Below are positions 6,875 to 15,172 of a stretch of DNA of 64,000 nucleotides, piece by piece (the stretch's first letter is position 1; each line of letters starts with the position of its first letter). This stretch comes from a candidate division TM6 bacterium GW2011_GWF2_28_16. Its GTDB lineage: Bacteria; Babelota; Babeliae; Babelales; UASB340. The translations under genes were made by a program, and so were the position numbers. Under the pieces are notes generated by a model that saw only the letters and a program-made list of their open reading frames with translations, was not told the DNA's origin and did not search any database. The stretch lies in contig LBNX01000004.1 of NCBI GenBank assembly GCA_000989185.1, positions 23,797-87,796 on the forward strand, read 5' to 3'.

Positions 6875-6924
6875 TTTTACTTGGTCTATAAATATACTTA
6901 TTGCTATATTAATTTTATTAAATA
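6875..6924 (+). repeat. 50-bp direct repeat, copy 2 (upstream of OMP paralogue 2)
   Basis: 48/50 identity with 6063-6112. The two copies bracket the complete MNT/HEPN operon. Confidence 0.85.
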
Positions 6925-6926
6925 GG

Positions 6927-6958
6927 ATTAGATCACGGCTCGGCGGCCGGGATGACAT
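6927..6958 (-). repeat. F-type hairpin repeat (GC-stem subtype)
   Basis: The rc reads GTCATCCCGGC-cgccga-GCCGTGATCTAA, with one stem mismatch. Confidence 0.65.
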
Positions 6959-6993
6959 ACTGTGTGATAGTATTTTTAAAAGAAAGAGAGAGT

Positions 6994-8571
6994 ATGAACA
7001 AAATTTCAAAAAATTTTATATTTAAATTTTTATTATTTTTAAATTTATTTTTTATAAATAATATTTATTCGACAGAAACAAATAAAACTTATCTTTTATC
7101 AAGATCTACTGGTGTAAACTTATCAATGGAGTACACGACTTTTAATAATTTTGTAAATTACAGAGATGATAAGCGTGCCCGGGATAATAAAGACAATAGC
7201 TTTGGGGCGCATATACAAGCAACGCCATATTATTTAGAATCGAATAATGGCAAAGATATAGGTAAATATTTTGGTTTTGATGATAAAAATATTTTACGAA
7301 TAGCTAGAAATAATATTGCTGGTTATGATCTAGATTTTAGATATATGGTGCATGATAATGTAAATACAGCAAATACAAATGCAATTGTAAAACTTGATCC
7401 AAAGTTTGAATCGTATGGTTTGCGTCTTGATTATTATCAAAAATTAGAAAAATTTCTCGATGGTTTATATTTTAAAATAGCTATACCAATATCTTATGTT
7501 AAAACAGATGTGCGATTAAATATTGCTGATCAGGCTGGATATTTTGTTGCTGGAACAAACACAGATTTGTATAAATATTTTGATGGCACTTATAATTTAC
7601 CTGTAGGTAATGCCCGAGCTCAAGCTGCTCTTGAATATGCAAAAATTTCTCAACATAAATTTTCAAAGACAAGCGTTGCAGATTTAGATTTAGTTTTAGG
7701 TTGCAAGTTTATAGATAGAGATAAATACTATGCAATAATAAATTTTGCATTAACAATACCAACAAATAACGAAGCTGGTGCCGGATATATGTTTGATGTA
7801 AATGTTGGCAATGGTAGTTATTGGGCTTTGGGTGGTGGGCTCGAAGGTATGATGCGCTTGTTTGGAAAAACAAATGATCATAATTTAAATTTAGTTGCAG
7901 TTGCAAATTATAGATATTTATTCGAAGGCAGAGCTGAGCGAACTATGGGTTTATTAAATCCAGATGGTACACGTGCAAACTGGGGCCAATATTATTTGGT
8001 TGGCGAAATTGGTACAGCTGTAAGTACACAACAGTTACAGCCTGCTGCAAATGTTTTGACACAAAGAGTAAAACTTGCTCCGGGTAGCCAATTAGATTCT
8101 ATGATCTATTTAAATTATAAATATTCTGGATTTACAGCAGAATTAGGTTATAACTTTTTCTGGCGTGATGACGAACAAATTAGTTTAAAAAATGAATGGC
8201 AAAATAATGTTTATGGCGTAGCAATTTTAGATCAAGATATGACTATTGCTGGAGGCGCAACTTTTGCAAACACTGGTTTTGCAGCTACAGCTGTACCTGT
8301 TAACGGTGGCTCTATGGGATATATTAATAATGACCCAGATAACACAGCTTTTACTGCTGCAGGAACAGTTGCAACTAGAGCTTATGGTTTAGATGAAGGT
8401 GTAGGTGCTGCCAGTTCACAAAATACACACAAAATTTTTGCTGGTTTGGGTTATGGCTTTTATGATTTTAAATTTCCCTGCATGCTTGGCATCGGCGGAG
8501 CATATGAATTTAATGGCGATGATGGAATTGAAAATTGGCAAGTTTATGGCAAAGTGGGATTAAAGTTTTAA
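6994..8571 (+). CDS. secreted outer-membrane beta-barrel candidate, OMP family paralogue 2
   Basis: Start moved to the ATG at 6994, after AGAAAGAGAGAG. Has a signal peptide and a C-terminal ...YGKVGLKF. Collinear with paralogue 1 along its whole length. Confidence 0.65.
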   Translation: MNKISKNFIFKFLLFLNLFFINNIYSTETNKTYLLSRSTGVNLSMEYTTFNNFVNYRDDKRARDNKDNSFGAHIQATPYYLESNNGKDIGKYFGFDDKNILRIARNNIAGYDLDFRYMVHDNVNTANTNAIVKLDPKFESYGLRLDYYQKLEKFLDGLYFKIAIPISYVKTDVRLNIADQAGYFVAGTNTDLYKYFDGTYNLPVGNARAQAALEYAKISQHKFSKTSVADLDLVLGCKFIDRDKYYAIINFALTIPTNNEAGAGYMFDVNVGNGSYWALGGGLEGMMRLFGKTNDHNLNLVAVANYRYLFEGRAERTMGLLNPDGTRANWGQYYLVGEIGTAVSTQQLQPAANVLTQRVKLAPGSQLDSMIYLNYKYSGFTAELGYNFFWRDDEQISLKNEWQNNVYGVAILDQDMTIAGGATFANTGFAATAVPVNGGSMGYINNDPDNTAFTAAGTVATRAYGLDEGVGAASSQNTHKIFAGLGYGFYDFKFPCMLGIGGAYEFNGDDGIENWQVYGKVGLKF

Positions 8572-8587
8572 AAATTGCATTTTTTAT

Positions 8588-9988
8588 TTACTTTCCTGCC
8601 AGCTCTTGCGCAATCAAGTTAACTCGTCCAGCGCCGATAGTTAAAAGTAAATCGTTATCTTGTAAAATATTTTGTACATCTTTTGTAATAGATGCATAAT
8701 CAGGATAATAAATTACTTTGATATTTTTATTTTGAGCTTGAATATCTTGTGCAAGTTTATAACTATTAATACCTTCTATAGGTGTTTCGCTTGCAGGATA
8801 AATATCTGTGATATATAAAGTTTTAATTTGTGTATTTTGTGAGAATACATTTACAAAGTCTTGCCATAATTTTTGCGTACGTGTAAATCTATGTGGCTGA
8901 AAGATTACATGTAAATTTTTATTGGCTCTTTTTTGTGCAATCAAAAGAGTATTATAAATTTCTGTAGGGTGATGACCGTAATCATCGAAAATTTCAGCAC
9001 CATTACATGTGCCTTTAAATTCAAAACGTCTTTCGACGCCTTTAAATGTTTCTAGTGCATTTTTTATTTTTTCAAAAGAGAGTTCAAGCTCAAGAGCGAG
9101 TGCAATGGCTGCAAGTGAGTTTAAAATATTGTGATGGCCTGGAACGTTAAGTGTGATTTGTCCTAATAAAAATTTGGGTTTTTTATAAATATTTTTATTA
9201 TTTAAATAAACATTATAAACAGAATTTGCTTTATTAAGTTCTAAAACTTCACAAGTAATATCAGCATCATCAGAAACACCATATTTTATAATATTAATAT
9301 CTGGTAGTGGCAGCATAGAGCGTATATTTTCATTATCTATGCATAAAATTGCTTTACCAAAAAATGGTAGTCTTTCTAAAAAATTTTTAAAAGTATTTTT
9401 TATATCGTCTAAATCTTTATAAGTATCTAAATGTTCTAAGTCTATGTTTGTAACAACAGCTATACATGGGCTTAAAAATAAAAATGATCTATCAGATTCA
9501 TCGGCTTCGGCAATTAAAATATCACTTTTGCCAAGTTTTGCATTTAGCGAAATACTTTTTAATACACCACCAATAATTATCGTTGGATCATAATTCGCTT
9601 CGAGTAATATATGCGAAATCATAGAAGTTGTTGTTGTTTTGCCATGCGCACCGGTAACGGCAATGCCGTGCTTCATACGCATTATTTCTGCAAGCATTTT
9701 GGCTCTTGGTATTACAGGGATATTTTTATTTATTGCTTCTATAACTTCTGGGTTATCGTTGTGTACCGCAGAAGAATAAACTAAAACGTCAGCATCGTTA
9801 ATATGCGTTTTATCATGATCTTTGTAAATTATACAGCCAATATCACGCAAGTGATTTATAATATTTGAGTTTATATCTTTATCGCAACCAGATACTATAT
9901 AGCCTTGCAAACGTAATATTTCTGCAATGCCACTCATGCCTATGCCGCCTATGCCTATAAAATGTATATGCTGATGTTTTTTGTACAT
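8588..9988 (-). CDS. murC: UDP-N-acetylmuramate--L-alanine ligase
   Basis: Start at MYKKHQHIHFIGIGGIGMSGIAE. Mur ligase ATP-binding motif GAHGKTTTTS present. The 12-codon extension in the ORF track is rejected. Confidence 0.9.
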   Translation of the reverse strand: MYKKHQHIHFIGIGGIGMSGIAEILRLQGYIVSGCDKDINSNIINHLRDIGCIIYKDHDKTHINDADVLVYSSAVHNDNPEVIEAINKNIPVIPRAKMLAEIMRMKHGIAVTGAHGKTTTTSMISHILLEANYDPTIIIGGVLKSISLNAKLGKSDILIAEADESDRSFLFLSPCIAVVTNIDLEHLDTYKDLDDIKNTFKNFLERLPFFGKAILCIDNENIRSMLPLPDINIIKYGVSDDADITCEVLELNKANSVYNVYLNNKNIYKKPKFLLGQITLNVPGHHNILNSLAAIALALELELSFEKIKNALETFKGVERRFEFKGTCNGAEIFDDYGHHPTEIYNTLLIAQKRANKNLHVIFQPHRFTRTQKLWQDFVNVFSQNTQIKTLYITDIYPASETPIEGINSYKLAQDIQAQNKNIKVIYYPDYASITKDVQNILQDNDLLLTIGAGRVNLIAQELAGK

Positions 9989-9989
9989 A

Positions 9990-11129
9990 CTAGATTTTCC
10001 CAAAAAAATTATTAATACGATCAAGCCCTTCTATAAGAACTTCTGGATTACGTGCAAAACATAATCTTAAATAACTTTTGCCACTAGCACCAAAATATTT
10101 ACCGGCAATTAAGCCAACTTTTGCTTGGCGTAATATTTGTTCACTTAATACTTCTGCATCAGGATAATCTGTTTTTAAAAAAACAAAAAAACCGCCGGCA
10201 GGTTTTTGGTAGCTAAATATATTTTTGTTAACTAAATTTTGTAATTTGTTTTCAAGAATATTTAAATTATTTTTTACTATTAAACTAAATTCTTGTGTAA
10301 ATTCTGGATGATCAAGTGCAAATAATGCTGCATATTGTGATGGTACATTTGTGCAATTTAATAAAGCATCTTGCATTGCTCCAAGGGGAATATTTAAACT
10401 TTCGGGTATAACCATATAACCTACTCGCCAGCCAGACATGCCCATACTTTTTGAAAAAGTATTAACGTTTATAAAGTAATTACTTTCGTTAACAAATTTT
10501 GCACTAGAATTATAATTATTATTATAAATATAATCGCGATAAGCTTCGTCTATTATTAAATAAATTTTATTCTCTTCGCACCAGCTTAATAATTCTTTAA
10601 TAATATTTTCGGGAATTATAATACCCAAAGGGTTATTTGGGTTAGAAAATATTATAATTTTAGTTTTACTTGTAGTTGCTTGTTTTATTTTTTCTATGTT
10701 TAATTCCCATTTATTATCTTGTGCCATGCTAACAAACACAGCATTTGCTCGAGCGAGTTTTACAAGTTTTTCGTATGCAGGATAAGTTGGTTCTGGAATA
10801 ATAACTTCGTCACCAGCTTCTAGTAAAGTTAAAAATATAGTCGAAAGTGCACCTATAGCACCATGTGTGACTATAATATTATTTATATTTAAATTTATAT
10901 TATTATTTTCGCTAACAACTTGAGCTAATTTTTCACGTAATTTTAAAATTCCCCAAGCGCTTTGATAGTAATCGCTTTTATCTGTTTTTAAAACTTCTTG
11001 TATATAATTTTTGATTTGCTCTGGTATTCCACCAACTTTTAATGCACCCTGTGAAAGTGAAATATATTCGTTACTACTATTAACTATTGCTTCAACTTTT
11101 TTTATTCCAGATAATGGGATATTTAGCAT
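9990..11129 (-). CDS. PLP-dependent aminotransferase, class I/II
   Basis: 379 aa. NTFSKSMGMSGWRVGY matches the PLP-lysine motif (SKxxxxxGxRxG). Confidence 0.75.
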   Translation of the reverse strand: MLNIPLSGIKKVEAIVNSSNEYISLSQGALKVGGIPEQIKNYIQEVLKTDKSDYYQSAWGILKLREKLAQVVSENNNINLNINNIIVTHGAIGALSTIFLTLLEAGDEVIIPEPTYPAYEKLVKLARANAVFVSMAQDNKWELNIEKIKQATTSKTKIIIFSNPNNPLGIIIPENIIKELLSWCEENKIYLIIDEAYRDYIYNNNYNSSAKFVNESNYFINVNTFSKSMGMSGWRVGYMVIPESLNIPLGAMQDALLNCTNVPSQYAALFALDHPEFTQEFSLIVKNNLNILENKLQNLVNKNIFSYQKPAGGFFVFLKTDYPDAEVLSEQILRQAKVGLIAGKYFGASGKSYLRLCFARNPEVLIEGLDRINNFFGKI

Positions 11130-11132
11130 TTG

Positions 11133-11663
11133 TCATCCAGATACGTTAAGTAAAATTATAAATTCGTTATACGATAAATAAGACAAGATAAGAATACTAA
11201 ATAATATTAATATAAATCGCAAGATATAATGTAAATATTTATTATAGAAAAAATTTTGGTATCCAATTATAAATCTATAAAAGGTTGCAAATGCACTTAC
11301 TAAAAGCGCAATCCAGTATGGCCATGGGTTTGTTAAAATTACATAAAACATGTGATTTAACATTGAACAAAAATAAATATTTTCTAAAAAAATTACAGAG
11401 TAAATAGAAAATATTAAAGCCATTGGCCATGCGATTAATTCAGGGTATTTTAAAATTTTACCTGTAATAATTTTATAAGGTAACCCTAAAACTATTTTTC
11501 CATGAAATGCAGGTATGCACAAAACATAAAAAGCCCAAGTTACAAATGTAGATAAAATGGCTGTTTTAAGATTATGATTTGCATAAAAGCTAAAAAATAT
11601 AAAAGAAAAGTTTATTATTGGTATTAAGAATAACCATTTATTTGGCGCTTTATTTTTATTCAC
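11133..11663 (-). CDS. hypothetical polytopic membrane protein
   Basis: 176 aa with several hydrophobic helices and a GTG start. No recognisable motif. Confidence 0.5.
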   Translation of the reverse strand: MNKNKAPNKWLFLIPIINFSFIFFSFYANHNLKTAILSTFVTWAFYVLCIPAFHGKIVLGLPYKIITGKILKYPELIAWPMALIFSIYSVIFLENIYFCSMLNHMFYVILTNPWPYWIALLVSAFATFYRFIIGYQNFFYNKYLHYILRFILILFSILILSYLSYNEFIILLNVSG

Positions 11664-11675
11664 TTACTCTCCATG

Positions 11676-11912
11676 GTTTTTTGCCCAGGGCATTAGAAGC
11701 AAGTCGGTAGCATTCGCGTAGGCAAATTTGAAGCTATCTCAAATATAAAATATTTAAAATTATATTTTCTAGATAGCGTCAAAAAAAACAATATCAATTT
11801 CAGGTCCGCCTTCGTTAAAACTTCGGCGGGACAGCCTACGCAACTGTGCTATTAAAATCTTTTTAAATTATAATACCGGTACTGGCATGCCAGCCGTAGC
11901 CTTGGCGTAGGC
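11676..11912. repeat. GC-rich hairpin modules flanking the 3' side of tRNA-Ala
   Basis: TTTGCC...GGCAAA at 11680-11726. GTCCGCC...GGCGGGAC at 11804-11831. CAACTGTGCTA (11841-11851) differs by one base from TAACTGTGCTA at 732-742. CCAGCCGTAGCCTTGGCGTAGGCTGG (11890-11915) abuts and overlaps the tRNA 3' end. Confidence 0.6.
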
Positions 11913-11988
11913 TGGTGGAGCTAACCGGGGTCGAACCGGTGACCTCATGAATGCCATTCATGCGTTCTACCAACTGAACTATAGCCCC
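11913..11988 (-). tRNA. tRNA-Ala (anticodon GGC), CCA encoded
   Basis: The rc folds as a cloverleaf. Acceptor stem GGGGCTA/TAGCTCC carries the G3:U70 alanine identity pair. D arm is GTTC/GAAC. Anticodon stem CATGA/TCATG has loop ATGGCAT. T arm is ACCGG-TTCGACC-CCGGT, and the 3' end is ACCA. Confidence 0.9.
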
Positions 11989-12126
11989 ATTAATAAATTT
12001 CAAAAATTTATGCATTTATTGCATTTTAAAAATATAACAGATTAAATTGTAAAAAAACTGTGAAAAAATAGCAAATATTTTATACACTTTTTTGTAAATA
12101 AAAGATTTATTTTACGAAAGTCTTTA

Positions 12127-13629
12127 ATGGAAAATTTATTTAAAATAATTAAAAAATTAAACCCAATATTAAAAGAAATAATAAATAATGGTTCTGTACC
12201 GTATCTTGTTGGTGGTAGCGTGCGAGATTTAGTTTTAAATTTAGAAACAAAAGATCTTGATATAGAAGTTCATAAAATATCTATAAAAGATTTAGAAAAA
12301 ATTTTAAAAAAATTTGGACATGTGCGTCTTGTTGGTCAAAAATTTGGTGTTTTAAAAATAGATGGAATAAACGTAGATTGGTCATTACCCAGAAAAGATA
12401 GTATTGGCAGAAAGCCAAAAGTTATAATAAAAAAAGATATTTCTATAAAAGATGCGCTTGTACGGCGTGATTTAACTATTAATGCAATGGCTATAGATTT
12501 GCGGGAGCTTTTAAAAAATAAAAATAATTTTAAAAAAATAATTATTGACCCATTTGGTGGCCTAAAAGATATTAAAAATAAAAAATTAAGAGTTATTGAT
12601 GCTAATTTTTTTGTTCAGGATCCTTTAAGATTATTTAGAGTTATGCAATTTGCAGCACGTTTTAATATGGCGCCAGATAAAAATTTAAATAATATTTGTA
12701 AAACTATGAGTTTGCAGGACCCAGCAACAGGAAAATTAATTTCGCGTGAACGAATTTTTGATGAAATTAAAAAATTATTATTAAAGAGTAAACAACCAAG
12801 TATTGGCTTTAGATGGCTATTAAAAATAAATAGATTAAAAGATATTTTTCCTGAAATTTATAATTTAATTGGTGTTAAACAGAAAAAAGAATATCATCCA
12901 GAGGGTGATGTGTTTGAGCACACTATGCAGTGTATAGATGTTGCTGCAAATCTTGATATTTATGAAACAGAAAACGAAAAATTCTTGATTATTTTAGCGC
13001 TTTTGTGTCACGATTTTGGCAAGCCAAAAGTTACAGATAAAAATTTATCAGCAATAGGGCACGAAAAAGAGGGCGTAGAAATTGCAAAAAAATTTTTAAA
13101 GCGAATTACGCGCGATAAAAATTTGATAAACTCTGTGTGCAAGTTGGTTTTGTATCACATGCAGCCAGCGCAATTATTAAAAAGTAATGCAAAAATTAGT
13201 GCATATAAAAGATTAGCTATAAAACTTGCCACAGATATAAACATGAAACAACTTGGCATTGTTTGGCTTGCGGATAATTTGGGACGGGTAGCGTATCGCT
13301 CGGGTAGACGCTTCGATACACCTCGCGTTGTTCGGCACTCAGCGCGAACGGGAAGTTTGAAAAAACACGCCGTGCAGGCTTTGTCATCCCGGGCAAGGAC
13401 CCGGGATCTAGAAAATAAAATAATAAGTGAGTTTAAACAATATTTAAAAATAATAAAAAATTTAAATATAGAAACAGGTCCGGAAAAGCCAATTTTACTT
13501 GGCCGTGATATTTTGGATAAAGTAAAACCAGGGCCTCAAATGGGTAAAATTTTAAAATGTGCTTATAAAATACAAATAGAGGAGGGTGTTAAAGATAAGG
13601 AGACGTTAAAGAAAAGAGTATTAAAGTAG
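12127..13629 (+). CDS. cca: CCA-adding enzyme / poly(A) polymerase family nucleotidyltransferase with HD domain
   Basis: N-terminal YLVGGSVRD...DLDIEV matches the class II nucleotidyltransferase GGxVRD...DxD motif. The HD-domain motif LLCHDFGK is present. Confidence 0.85.
   Translation: MENLFKIIKKLNPILKEIINNGSVPYLVGGSVRDLVLNLETKDLDIEVHKISIKDLEKILKKFGHVRLVGQKFGVLKIDGINVDWSLPRKDSIGRKPKVIIKKDISIKDALVRRDLTINAMAIDLRELLKNKNNFKKIIIDPFGGLKDIKNKKLRVIDANFFVQDPLRLFRVMQFAARFNMAPDKNLNNICKTMSLQDPATGKLISRERIFDEIKKLLLKSKQPSIGFRWLLKINRLKDIFPEIYNLIGVKQKKEYHPEGDVFEHTMQCIDVAANLDIYETENEKFLIILALLCHDFGKPKVTDKNLSAIGHEKEGVEIAKKFLKRITRDKNLINSVCKLVLYHMQPAQLLKSNAKISAYKRLAIKLATDINMKQLGIVWLADNLGRVAYRSGRRFDTPRVVRHSARTGSLKKHAVQALSSRARTRDLENKIISEFKQYLKIIKNLNIETGPEKPILLGRDILDKVKPGPQMGKILKCAYKIQIEEGVKDKETLKKRVLK
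13282..13413 (+). repeat. composite GC-rich palindromic element translated in frame within cca (ends in an F hairpin)
   Basis: 44 codons (about G386-E429, ...VAYRSGRRFDTPRVVRHSARTGSLKKHAVQALSSRARTRDLE). 13381-13413 is TTGTCATCCCGGG-caagga-CCCGGGATCTAGAA with a perfect stem. The 5' part shares CTCAG(C/G)GCGAACG(G/A)GA with 18462-18540. Confidence 0.75.
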
Positions 13630-13646
13630 TTTTTATAGGAGAAAGT

Positions 13647-15074
13647 ATGAAAAAAAATATTTTGTTATTATTAGTGCTTAGCTTATTTGCAGCTAACATA
13701 TCTGCATATACAAATAAAACATATATGCGCCCACAAGATAGTTCTACGTATTTACCAGATAGATTTAGAGTAAATGATTATTATAAAGCTGATTTTAAAA
13801 TGCCTAGCTTAATAGGTAAATTAGATATTACTGCTTATCATTTTCATTCTATAAGTAAAGATAAAATGGGAAGATATTTTGGTGTGAATGAAAAAAGTGA
13901 ATTTAATTTTATTGGTGATCAAACCAATGATGATATGGATATTGACTACAGATATTTAATTTCAAATTATTCTGCACATACTAATTATTCTGCAAAAATG
14001 AGTCTTGATCCAAAAACACAATATGCAGGCTTTAATGCATCTGTTATATTAGATTTATCTAGAATAAATAAACATTTAGCGTTTAAGATTAATGTTCCAT
14101 ATCAAAGAGTACATACAGATTTGCGTTCAAATTTTTCTTCTTCTAATGCAAGTTTGATTAAAGATTATTTAGCGGGTGATTATTCTTTAAATGTTGCAGC
14201 AGGTACTCGTAATCAAGAAGCATTAAGATATGCAAAAATTACTGATCAACAAGAAAAATTAGGCATTCCATTTATGGATTTTTGTCTTGCATATAACACT
14301 CATAACGAAGATGGTTTAATTAATACAGTAAAACTTGGATTTATTTCAACAGTAGAAAAAAAAGCTACAGCTGAATATCTTTTTGAACCAATATTAGGGA
14401 ACAATAATCACTTTGGTATTGATGTTGGTATTGAAGGTAGCAAAAGACTTTTTGATGGTAATGGTCATAGAAGTTTTGTAGATTTTGTTTGGGATTTAAA
14501 TTATAAATATTTATTCTCTAATACACAGTTTAGAACTTTGGGTATAAAGGGTGCAAACTGGGGACAATATTATTTATTAGGTAAAGAGGGCGTTTCTGGT
14601 GCATTTATTCCTGCTGCCAACGTTTTGACTCAAAATGTAAAAGTTGAACCAGGTAGTCACCTTGATTTAAATTTAGAATTATTATTTGGATATCATGCAT
14701 CTAGAGTTTCTGTTGGTGGTAATATTATTGCAAGACAAGAAGAAGAATTAGATTTTAAAAATAATCTTGCGACTCAAACTTATGGTGTAGTTACACCAGG
14801 AACATCTTCTGCTGTAAACTTTGATTTAAGTACTAATGTTGGACTTGGTAATTATACAACATATGCTTTAAGCAACGATAATATAGATTTAAAAGCTGCT
14901 CAAGCTCCAGGTATATTTGCTTACAAAGTTTATTTGCAGTATGCATATGATTATGTAAAACGAAATACAGAAAGAATGTTTACAGTCGCAACAGGTGTAT
15001 CTCTTAACATTACAGATCAGAATGCTCATTTTGACGGCATTGGGTGTTGGTTTAAGATGGCTGCATATTTTTAA
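13647..15074 (+). CDS. secreted outer-membrane beta-barrel candidate, OMP family paralogue 3 (divergent)
   Basis: 475 aa with signal peptide and TNKTYMRP start of the mature protein. Contains RYFG, NWGQYYLL and PAANVLTQNVKVEPGSHLD, and ends in Phe. Starts 17 nt after cca. Confidence 0.6.
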   Translation: MKKNILLLLVLSLFAANISAYTNKTYMRPQDSSTYLPDRFRVNDYYKADFKMPSLIGKLDITAYHFHSISKDKMGRYFGVNEKSEFNFIGDQTNDDMDIDYRYLISNYSAHTNYSAKMSLDPKTQYAGFNASVILDLSRINKHLAFKINVPYQRVHTDLRSNFSSSNASLIKDYLAGDYSLNVAAGTRNQEALRYAKITDQQEKLGIPFMDFCLAYNTHNEDGLINTVKLGFISTVEKKATAEYLFEPILGNNNHFGIDVGIEGSKRLFDGNGHRSFVDFVWDLNYKYLFSNTQFRTLGIKGANWGQYYLLGKEGVSGAFIPAANVLTQNVKVEPGSHLDLNLELLFGYHASRVSVGGNIIARQEEELDFKNNLATQTYGVVTPGTSSAVNFDLSTNVGLGNYTTYALSNDNIDLKAAQAPGIFAYKVYLQYAYDYVKRNTERMFTVATGVSLNITDQNAHFDGIGCWFKMAAYF

Positions 15075-15103
15075 TTATTTAAAAATATAATTTTTGTCAA
15101 AAT

Positions 15104-15140
15104 AAAAACGGGTAGATTTTTTACGTCTACCCGTTTTTTT
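15104..15140. terminator. bidirectional rho-independent terminator
   Basis: ACGGGTAGA-ttttttacg-TCTACCCGT with an A-run before and a T-run after. Lies between convergent genes. Confidence 0.75.
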
Positions 15141-15172
15141 AAGTTTACTTGTTTTTAAAAATTTAATTATAT

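Noticed and set aside
7165-7195. GCCCGGGAT in OMP paralogue 2, encoding RARD within an 8-aa insertion relative to paralogue 1, as a possible eroded F element.
   Set aside because: Only an 8-nt match with no flanks or stem partner. This cannot be distinguished from chance.
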